Source: Cyanobacteria bacterium auto_48_18 (GTDB lineage Bacteria; Cyanobacteriota; Vampirovibrionia; Obscuribacterales; Obscuribacteraceae). From it: 64,000 bases of DNA. Position numbers and translations under genes: made by a program. Within the stretch, counting starts at the first letter, position 1, and every line of letters begins with the position of its first letter. Where the stretch lies: NCBI GenBank assembly GCA_036170915.1, contig JAVHQC010000033.1, positions 96,001 to 160,000 of the forward strand, given 5' to 3'. The notes beneath the pieces are model-generated. The model was not told the DNA's origin. It worked only from the letters and a program-made list of their open reading frames with translations, and ran no database searches. Below, in pieces: positions 20,117 through 27,671 of this stretch.

Positions 20117-21100
20117 GTGGTAGCTCAAATGCCAGCCAGACAGCACTCGATGCCCGGTGTAAAGCCGGAGCTGAAAATTCTCTCGGGTACCGCTAATCCT
20201 GAACTGGCGAAAGAAGTCGGCGACCACCTGGGCATTAACCTGTCGCCCTTGAAAATCAAACCGTTCTCGGATGGTGAGATTTATGTGCAGTTGCAAGAGA
20301 GCGTCAGAGGCGATGATTGCTTCGTCATCCAGCCCACCTGTACGCCCGTCAATGAAAATTTGATGGAATTGTTGATTTTGATAGATGCCCTTAAAAGAGC
20401 TTCGGCTGGCCGCATTACAGTGGTAATGCCTTACTACGGTTACGGCCGCCAAGACAGAAAAGCCGCCGGGCGCGAGGCCATTACAGCCAAACTGATAGCC
20501 GACCTGCTTACGACAGCAGGCGCCCAGAGAGTCGTCGCACTTGATTTACATGCGCCACAAATCATGGGCTTTTTCAATATTCTTGTTGATCACCTCTACG
20601 CCAGCCCCGTTCTGCTTGAATATGTGCGCGATTTGAATCTATCCGATATCGTTCTGGTTTCACCCGACGTGGGCGGCGTGTCACGCACACGCGCTTTCGC
20701 CAAAAAACTAGATGACGCACCGATCGCCATCATCGACAAACGCCGCACCAAACACAACGTAGCCGAAGTTATGAGCGTGGTTGGTGACGTCAAAGGCAAG
20801 ACCGCAATTATGGTCGACGACATGGTGGACACTGCGGGAACACTGGTAAAAGGCGCCGAGCTTTTAGTCAGAGAAGGTGCCACAAGAGTTTTTGCCTGTG
20901 CTACACACGCTGTGCTCTCTGGTCCTGCCAATGAGCGTTTGGAAGAATCTCCAATCGAGCAGTTGATCGTCACCAATTCGATTCCTCACGACATGACTAA
21001 CATGTCCAAAAAGATAGTACCGCTCTCGGTGGCTAAATTATTGGGCGAAGCTATCTGGCGCATACATGACGACTCGTCTGTCAGCGAGATGTTTGAATGA
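20117..21100 (+). CDS. prs: Ribose-phosphate pyrophosphokinase
   Basis: FSDGEI, PYYGYGRQDRK, DLHAPQI, VSPDVGG, DDMVDTAGT; GTG 20117 follows GAGGA. Confidence 0.97.
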   Translation: MVAQMPARQHSMPGVKPELKILSGTANPELAKEVGDHLGINLSPLKIKPFSDGEIYVQLQESVRGDDCFVIQPTCTPVNENLMELLILIDALKRASAGRITVVMPYYGYGRQDRKAAGREAITAKLIADLLTTAGAQRVVALDLHAPQIMGFFNILVDHLYASPVLLEYVRDLNLSDIVLVSPDVGGVSRTRAFAKKLDDAPIAIIDKRRTKHNVAEVMSVVGDVKGKTAIMVDDMVDTAGTLVKGAELLVREGATRVFACATHAVLSGPANERLEESPIEQLIVTNSIPHDMTNMSKKIVPLSVAKLLGEAIWRIHDDSSVSEMFE

Positions 21101-21735
21101 GTCTCATTCTTGAAAGTTTTCCGGTTGGTCCGCTGCAATGCAATTGCTCAATCATCGGATGTAAAGAAACCGGTGAAGCCGCGGTTGTTGACCCAGGCGG
21201 CGACGTTGATTTGATTTTGGAAGCAGTGAAAAAACACGGTTTGACTGTGAAATATTTGCTGCATACTCATGCTCATTTTGACCACATAATTGGCTCAAAG
21301 GCGATGAAAGAAAAAACTGGCGCCGCCATTTGTTTGAGCAAAGGCGATGAATTTTTGTACGACAATCTGCTGATGCAAGCATCGCGTTTTGGTTTCAAGG
21401 CAGAGGCACCACTGCCGGTGGATCACTATTTAGAGCACGAAGAAGAAGTGCAAATTGGTAACCACAAAGCACAAGTGATTCACACTCCAGGCCATACTCC
21501 TGGTTCTACTTGTTTCTGTATGCAAGATCAAGAGAGTGTGCTTTTTGCCGGAGATACTTTATTTCAGCGTTCAATCGGCCGCACAGATTTGTGGGGCGGT
21601 TCGTTTGAGCAGATAGTTGATTCTATTCAAAATCGGCTATTCACTTTAGACGACAGTACCAGAGTGGTGACAGGGCACGGGCCTGATACCGACATCTGGA
21701 CCGAAAAGAAACAAAATCCGTTTGTCGGCTCTTAG
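21097..21735 (+). CDS. MBL-fold metallo-hydrolase (glyoxalase II-like)
   Basis: THAHFDH, HTPGHTPGS, GDTLF, GRTDL, GHG. Confidence 0.93.
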   Translation: MSLILESFPVGPLQCNCSIIGCKETGEAAVVDPGGDVDLILEAVKKHGLTVKYLLHTHAHFDHIIGSKAMKEKTGAAICLSKGDEFLYDNLLMQASRFGFKAEAPLPVDHYLEHEEEVQIGNHKAQVIHTPGHTPGSTCFCMQDQESVLFAGDTLFQRSIGRTDLWGGSFEQIVDSIQNRLFTLDDSTRVVTGHGPDTDIWTEKKQNPFVGS

Positions 21736-21738
21736 GAG

Positions 21739-22866
21739 GTGGGTTTGAGACCAAAAGAGACAACAGAGCTGGATTTTAGACCGTTCAATTCGGATGGCGT
21801 CTTGAGAGCTTTGTGCAGTGTTCTTCGCAGCAGCAAACATTTATCTTGGAATTATGCTGGTGACATTCAAAGTGTAATCGAGCGCATCGGTAAAGTATTT
21901 GAAGCCGGGCGCAGTTTGATTTTTGTCACTTCACAGTCTCGCTCAGACATAGAAGTGTTCGAATATTCAGTTCCCGAATTAACTGCCGTGGCCCATCACT
22001 TCGCTACACCGCTTGGTCAGAAGTTGGCCGAGCAGCTCATTACTAATTCGGATGAGTTGGTAAAAATTTCAGACATGCACGAGTATGCTCTCGAACTAGA
22101 CGAGAATTATCGGGAGTTTTTCACTCGCGTCTGGGAAACTTTTGGCAAAGAGAAAAGCTATCTGATACCACTGCGAGTGCAATCAGAAGCAACTGGAGAG
22201 CGGAGAGCCGGCTTACTAGTACTTCAGGAAAGCGGTAACACCACTGGTGGTTGGAACAAGCTTGTACTTGATAGTTTGCTCGCTATTGCTGATTATTTAG
22301 CCAAGCTGGCTGAAGTGGAACAACTGGTAGCCAGTTTGGAAGCCAAAGAAACGGAAGACGCCAGTACCGGTCTTTTGAACAGGCGTGTCGCCACCGCTGT
22401 GATGGAAAAAGAAGTTGAAAGAGCGCGCTTTTGCGGTGACCCGCTAAGTCTGGCCATATTTGATCTAGATTTGAACAAGCGTTCGCCTGATCTTTATGGC
22501 TCCGCCAGTGGTGATGCCATAATCAAAACTGTTGCCACAGCGATTAAGAGTAATGGCCGTGTAATTGACAGTGTGGGCCGACTTGGTGTTGACGAATTTC
22601 TTGTTTGCCTTCCTCGCGTGTCGCCAGAAGAAGCGATGAAGTTGGCAGATTCTACTCGCAAGCGTGTCAATGAAGCACTAATGAATTTGGGAAAAACATT
22701 GCCCAAGCAACCAGATCTCTGGTATCCGCAAACCGTGAGCGTTGGCCTGGCGTCAATGGCGAACGGACGGGAATCATTTGAATCGCTGTTTTCGTCAGCG
22801 CAATTGTCACTGGCAGACGCGCAGTCGGCTGGTGGAAATTTAGTAAAGACCAATCATCCTGCGTAA
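21739..22866 (+). CDS. GAF-like + degenerate GGDEF domain protein
   Basis: DASTGLLNRR, LSLAIFDLD, RVIDSVGRLGVDEF, TVSVGLA. Confidence 0.85.
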   Translation: MGLRPKETTELDFRPFNSDGVLRALCSVLRSSKHLSWNYAGDIQSVIERIGKVFEAGRSLIFVTSQSRSDIEVFEYSVPELTAVAHHFATPLGQKLAEQLITNSDELVKISDMHEYALELDENYREFFTRVWETFGKEKSYLIPLRVQSEATGERRAGLLVLQESGNTTGGWNKLVLDSLLAIADYLAKLAEVEQLVASLEAKETEDASTGLLNRRVATAVMEKEVERARFCGDPLSLAIFDLDLNKRSPDLYGSASGDAIIKTVATAIKSNGRVIDSVGRLGVDEFLVCLPRVSPEEAMKLADSTRKRVNEALMNLGKTLPKQPDLWYPQTVSVGLASMANGRESFESLFSSAQLSLADAQSAGGNLVKTNHPA

Positions 22867-22894
22867 TATACCGAACGACTTTAGAGGTGGAATA

Positions 22895-23257
22895 ATGATC
22901 AAGAAATTCGTACTGAGCATCAGTCAAATTGCAGTTTCACTAGCGCTTGTTGGTTTTTGCGCTGCGCCTGTGCTGGCGGAAAGCGAAGCCGGTGGTTTCG
23001 TTATCGGTGCTGGTAGCGAATCTGGTGGCTTCCAAGGTATCGGCACTGGAGATTCTTCAAGTGAATCTGGCGGCGTTTACATGAGTGGTGGCGAATCACA
23101 ATCTGGCGGCGTCGGCATGAGCGGCGCAGAATCAGAGAGCGGCGGCCTGGCTGAAGTTGGCGCCAATAGCGAATCTGGTGGCATAACTGATCAAGGTTTC
23201 TCCAGTCAAGCAACTTCATTCGATCCACAATTTGGTATCAAAACTTACCGCTGGTAA
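22895..23257 (+). CDS. Small secreted Gly/Ser/Glu-rich repeat protein
   Basis: GAGGTGG RBS, Sec signal ending VLA, six xS[EQ][SA]GG repeats. Confidence 0.8.
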   Translation: MIKKFVLSISQIAVSLALVGFCAAPVLAESEAGGFVIGAGSESGGFQGIGTGDSSSESGGVYMSGGESQSGGVGMSGAESESGGLAEVGANSESGGITDQGFSSQATSFDPQFGIKTYRW

Positions 23258-24035
23258 GCTTGTTCAGCTGCTCACTTAAAGCACTATCAGATATTTTGAG
23301 TTTCTTTGCATTGATGATGCGCGCTTTGAGCACATCTTTGAGCAAAATTTTGCGTTCGCTTTGAGTATTTTTGTCAGTCAGTTTCTCGAGAGAGTTTTGC
23401 ACTGCTGCCATTTCTTCCATGGCAAAATATGGCACGTTGTTTTTCTCGGCTTCCTGAGCCATTTCAAGCTGCAAACGAAAAACTTTTATGCTCTGTGCCG
23501 CAGACAGATTTCCTGGTTTTTGCAGTGCTTCTATGCGGTCGGCCAGACTCTTAACTGACGATTTTTTCATTGCTTCTACGCGCCAGTCAATCGCTGGTGG
23601 TGAGCCTAACATCACTGGCGGGTCTACTCTGACACGGCCCATCTTCATATAGACTTCGCTATCTTTTGTCACTGACTTTGAGGCTTTCACATCTTTGTTT
23701 TGAGCCATAGCCGGCAAAACAACAAGGAGAAGCGCGGCTACCGCAGCAGCTAAAGACTGAACTTTACGCCAGAAATCGCGAATTCGCCGCAGCCCCACTG
23801 GGCAGTCGTCAGTGATGATGGTGCCATCCTGACGAACATACAGTTTCATGCAAGGCAGAGCACCAGCAGCAGCGCCGCGCTGTATTAATAGCTCGGCCTC
23901 TGCTTTACTCATATTGGAGATATCGTAGACGTTTTTACTGCACTGTCCACAAAACCGCACTGCATCGTTTTCGGTTTGACCCATGTCGTTCCAGGAGGCA
24001 GAACATGGTGTGGCAATGCGCAAATTATCTAACAT
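23238..24035 (-). CDS. Protein with N-terminal Cys-rich module followed by a signal-peptide-like segment
   Basis: IATPCSASWNDM..RFCGQCSKNVYDIS..PCMKLYVRQDGTIITDDCPVG, then a hydrophobic stretch ending AMA|Q. Confidence 0.85.
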   Translation of the reverse strand: MLDNLRIATPCSASWNDMGQTENDAVRFCGQCSKNVYDISNMSKAEAELLIQRGAAAGALPCMKLYVRQDGTIITDDCPVGLRRIRDFWRKVQSLAAAVAALLLVVLPAMAQNKDVKASKSVTKDSEVYMKMGRVRVDPPVMLGSPPAIDWRVEAMKKSSVKSLADRIEALQKPGNLSAAQSIKVFRLQLEMAQEAEKNNVPYFAMEEMAAVQNSLEKLTDKNTQSERKILLKDVLKARIINAKKLKISDSALSEQLNKLTSGKF

Positions 24036-24036
24036 A

Positions 24037-24906
24037 TTATTTTCCGCTTTCTAATTTTGTCAGTTGCGTTTTAAATTCGCTGTCGTCTACTTTCAAAATT
24101 TGAGCGTTGTTGATACGCGCTTTCAGAATATCTTGCATCAGTGATTTCTCTGCTTGCTTCCCAAGAACGGCGTTTTGGGCCGAAACTTGAAGTTGCTTCA
24201 GTTCACATTGGGCAAAGGCCGGAACCTTTTGTTTGTCCGCTTCTTGTGCCATTTGCAAGCGCAGGCGCATCACTTTCAGCTTTTCTTCTTTTGATAGATT
24301 TCCTTTCTTTTCTAACTTCTCGATTTTCTCTGAAATCGATTTTACTGAGGGCTTGCTCATGGCCACAGCCTGCCATTTGTCGGCGGCCGGATTTATTACA
24401 TTTGGTGCCACCATACCGCCGGTGGGTTGCGACATCATGGGCTTTCCACCGAGCATGACCGGTTCTCCGCGCAAGGCTCGCTCTTGTTCGCTAGGAATTG
24501 CTACTTTTCCTTTTTCCGCACGTATATTGTTCTGCGCAAATGCTGGGATACTAACGCAAAACAGCGCCAGGGCAGCTGCCGCTGAGCTTTTAAGCCGACG
24601 CCAACTGTCTCTGATGCGCCTCAGCCCCACTGGGCAATCGTCGGTGATCACCGTGCCGTCAAAGCGCCTGTACAACTGCATGCAGGCCATGTTTCCCCCG
24701 GCCTCACCCTGCTGAATAAGCAGGCCGGCTTCTGCGGTAGTTAGTTGAGAAATGTCATAGACTTTTTTACTGCATTGTCCACAAAAGCGGACAGCGTCGC
24801 TATCTGTTTCACCCATGGTGGCCCAGGGCACAGAACATGGGCTGGCTATCTGTAGATCATTCAACATGCTCTTTGTGTCATTAGCTGTCATATGCGTCTC
24901 CAACAT
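24037..24906 (-). CDS. Tandem paralog of 23238-24035
   Basis: IASPCSVPWATM..RFCGQCSKKVYDIS..CMQLYRRFDGTVITDDCPVG, AFA|Q; C-terminal helical region also homologous. Confidence 0.85.
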   Translation of the reverse strand: MLETHMTANDTKSMLNDLQIASPCSVPWATMGETDSDAVRFCGQCSKKVYDISQLTTAEAGLLIQQGEAGGNMACMQLYRRFDGTVITDDCPVGLRRIRDSWRRLKSSAAAALALFCVSIPAFAQNNIRAEKGKVAIPSEQERALRGEPVMLGGKPMMSQPTGGMVAPNVINPAADKWQAVAMSKPSVKSISEKIEKLEKKGNLSKEEKLKVMRLRLQMAQEADKQKVPAFAQCELKQLQVSAQNAVLGKQAEKSLMQDILKARINNAQILKVDDSEFKTQLTKLESGK

Positions 24907-25044
24907 CAGTAATTCGATCTTAGACGTGAGCGGCTTCCCGCTCTATAGGATTTACCCTGAGCAGTGCTTTCCTAGCATTAAGGCTGAACCAAGCGCTTAT
25001 TTGGCAGTCAGGTCGGTGGTTTCGAGCTGCCGCTGATTAATACC

Positions 25045-25086
25045 TACAACCCATGAGTTGTAAGTTTCTACAACTTAAGAGTTGTA
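25045..25086. promoter_or_regulatory. Tandem palindromic operator-like sites, TACAAC-N6-GTTGTA x2
   Basis: tacaacccatgagttgta (25045-25062) and tacaacttaagagttgta (25069-25086), 24-bp period, intergenic. Confidence 0.7.
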
Positions 25087-25133
25087 AAATTCCTTAGCAT
25101 TTCTTTCACTACCCCTGCATCCGGACCACCAGC

Positions 25134-25161
25134 AAAAAAAAGGAGACCCGAAAGTCTCCTT
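25134..25161 (-). terminator. Intrinsic terminator of the mfd-PPIase-TPR unit
   Basis: aaggagac-ccgaaa-gtctcctt stem; the adjacent A run reads as a U tract on the minus strand, about 25 bp after the TPR stop. Confidence 0.8.
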
Positions 25162-25185
25162 CTTTCTATACAGCGTCAGCCAGTG

Positions 25186-26085
25186 TTATTTGATGTCGGA
25201 AACGAAACCGAGACCAGCTGCTTTTTTACCGTCTAAAGCGGCCAGTTCTTTGTGAATCAAAGCGCGATTGTAATAGGCAGAGGCCAATTTGTCATCGAGT
25301 TCAATAGCTTTGTTGGCATCATTCAATGCTTGTTCAAGCTTGTTGATGTGCATGCAAACTTTAGCGCGATTAGAATAACCGCGTGCCGACTTAGGATTGA
25401 TATCGAGAGCTTTATCACAGTCAGCAAGCGCTTTGTCATATTCTTTCAAGCTAACTAAAGCGTGAGCGCGATTGACTAGAGCTGGTGAAAAATCAGGTTT
25501 TAATTGCAGTGCTTTATCGCAATCAGAAATCGCTTCTTTGTGGCGACCTAATTTATTCAGTGCGTGTGCTCTATTTGTGTAAGCGATGGTTAGTTTTGGC
25601 TCGAGAGCTACGGCTTTGGTGGCATCATCGACTGCTTTTTCAAATTGATTCAATTCGATTTCGGCCCAAGCTCTATTGTTGTAAGCCATATAAAGTTTGG
25701 CATCGAGGCTGATTGCTTTAGTGCAATCTTCTGCTGCTTTTTTGTACTGATGGGAAAGCATATAGGCGTTGGCGCGATTGGCGTAGGCTCGGGCGTAATT
25801 TGGGCTCAAGCGAATCGCTTCATCAAATTTGGCCATGGCTTCATGACCTTTATGTTCGCCTAATAGCTTGACGGCTGCCTGGAGGGCGGCGTAGGCTTCA
25901 GGATTTTCTTTGCCGGCTTTTTTGGTAACTTTGACTGTTTGGACCGTAGTAGTTTTAACTGGTCCGGCTGCACTTACAGTCTCGTTTAAACCGAAACCGG
26001 TGAGCGCAGTTACAACTAATGCGCAGCTAACTGCTTTTGCTACCATTACATTCACCTTTGTTGCCAAGTTATCAGTGCCCTGCAT
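25186..26085 (-). CDS. Exported TPR protein
   Basis: Signal-like N-terminus, repeated AYxNRA 34-aa TPR units. Confidence 0.92.
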   Translation of the reverse strand: MQGTDNLATKVNVMVAKAVSCALVVTALTGFGLNETVSAAGPVKTTTVQTVKVTKKAGKENPEAYAALQAAVKLLGEHKGHEAMAKFDEAIRLSPNYARAYANRANAYMLSHQYKKAAEDCTKAISLDAKLYMAYNNRAWAEIELNQFEKAVDDATKAVALEPKLTIAYTNRAHALNKLGRHKEAISDCDKALQLKPDFSPALVNRAHALVSLKEYDKALADCDKALDINPKSARGYSNRAKVCMHINKLEQALNDANKAIELDDKLASAYYNRALIHKELAALDGKKAAGLGFVSDIK

Positions 26086-26124
26086 TAACCATCCTCCAGT
26101 AAAAAAGCTTTTGAATTATCCCAT

Positions 26125-27657
26125 TTATTGATTGACAGTGCCATTGCCCTTGGCTTGCCCAGTGATACCAGTGGTTGAAGCGGCCGGGGTTGTGGCAGGC
26201 GCTGGATTTGATGTGGTGGTCGAACTTGATGTGGTTGCAGCAGGTTGGGCTTGCGCCTGCTTGATTACCTCATCGCTCAATTTTATATCAGCACTTTTGC
26301 GATGCTCACGCATCCATTTTTGCTGTGCCTGGTCTTTATTAACAGCCGACAAAATTTCTTTCAATTGAACTTTGACTTCAGAAAGCGGCTGATAACCGCC
26401 TTTTTGTCTTTCAGTAACTTTGACTACGTGATAGCCGAAATTAGTTTCCACTACCTCTGGTGCCACAGTGCCGGCTGGAAGTTTGTTCACCACCGCCATA
26501 ATTTTTAAAATGTCTGGAGCCATAGGCGTCGACATATCTTTAAAGCCCAGGTCGCCGCCATTTTTTGCCTGACGTGCAGGCAGGTCATCAGAATAGGTGT
26601 CAGCAAGAGTTTTGAAATCGGCACCGCTTCTCGCTTTTTTCAAGAGTTCTTTAGCACTGGCGAGTTTGTCGTCTTTAACCCGTTTTACTTCAGCATCAAG
26701 AGCTGCGCCGGTTAAACTTGGATCTTGCTCTTTAATTTGCGTCTTAACGCTTTTGAGCGGGCCGGCATCAACTGCTGGAGCGGCCAAAACAATGTGAGCC
26801 AGTCTGACTCGATCACCATGCTTGAATTTTTCTTTGTTCTTTTCGTATTCCTGTGCCACCAGTTCGTCACTGACAGGAGCGTCTTTAGCAATTCTGTCGA
26901 GCATGAATTTGATCATCTGGGAGGCGATTATTTCGTTTTGAATTTGGTCTGGCGTTTCGCGTGAAGAATCTACAAATTGTTTGTATTTCTTGGTGTTTTT
27001 AATAGCGACAAAGTTGTTAACTGCTTTTTGTTTGAAACCAGCTTTGTATGCTTCTTTTAGAACTAGTTCACGATTGACCATTTCGCTCAGCAACTGGCTT
27101 TCGATTAGCTTGGTGCCGCACTTAAATGCCAGCCCTAAATTGAGCACTTGCTCATTGAATTGCGCTTCTGTCATTTTTCTTTCTTTAAGGAAAGCGGCCA
27201 GTGTTTTGCCTTCAAGCGCTTGTGGCGAATGAGAAGATTCAAGCATGCGTTTTTTTTCTTCATCAGTAAGCGTCAAGCCTGCTTGATTGGCTTGAGCTAG
27301 AAGTTCGCCCATTCTTTCTGGTTGCAAACTGAGCATTGACTGCAGCGAAATCACTGCGTTTTGAAATTCTTTTCTGAAAGTGCCGACTGTAATAGGCGAG
27401 CCTTCCACTGTACAAATCACGGTAGTGCCAGGCATTTTCAGCAGGTTCATAGAGCCTACCGGTTTAAGTTGAGGCAGATCGTCTAGTTCAGATTTTAAAT
27501 TGTCGGCATTTGAAGTTGGAGGTTTAAGGTCGGCTGTAACCACTTTAGTGGTGGTGCCGGTGGTGCTGGTTTCTGTTTTCTTATCGCCCTGACAGCCGCT
27601 GACGGTGAGGGTTAAAGAAAGTGCCAAAAGGCTGGTATAGATATGATTGCGGTTCAC
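26125..27657 (-). CDS. Parvulin-type peptidyl-prolyl isomerase lipoprotein (PrsA/SurA-like)
   Basis: Lipobox VSG|C, VRLAHIVL, FKTLADTYSDD, GGDLGF, ETNFGYHVVKV. Confidence 0.9.
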   Translation of the reverse strand: MNRNHIYTSLLALSLTLTVSGCQGDKKTETSTTGTTTKVVTADLKPPTSNADNLKSELDDLPQLKPVGSMNLLKMPGTTVICTVEGSPITVGTFRKEFQNAVISLQSMLSLQPERMGELLAQANQAGLTLTDEEKKRMLESSHSPQALEGKTLAAFLKERKMTEAQFNEQVLNLGLAFKCGTKLIESQLLSEMVNRELVLKEAYKAGFKQKAVNNFVAIKNTKKYKQFVDSSRETPDQIQNEIIASQMIKFMLDRIAKDAPVSDELVAQEYEKNKEKFKHGDRVRLAHIVLAAPAVDAGPLKSVKTQIKEQDPSLTGAALDAEVKRVKDDKLASAKELLKKARSGADFKTLADTYSDDLPARQAKNGGDLGFKDMSTPMAPDILKIMAVVNKLPAGTVAPEVVETNFGYHVVKVTERQKGGYQPLSEVKVQLKEILSAVNKDQAQQKWMREHRKSADIKLSDEVIKQAQAQPAATTSSSTTTSNPAPATTPAASTTGITGQAKGNGTVNQ

Positions 27658-27671
27658 GATTCTTTTCTTCC

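Noticed and set aside
22895..23257. SESGG protein as a graspetide precursor for the ATP-grasp cluster
   Set aside because: About 14 kb away, carries a Sec signal, and lacks known graspetide leader or core motifs.
25045..25086. Possible CRISPR mini-array
   Set aside because: Only two 18-bp units separated by 6 bp, with no spacers and no cas genes.
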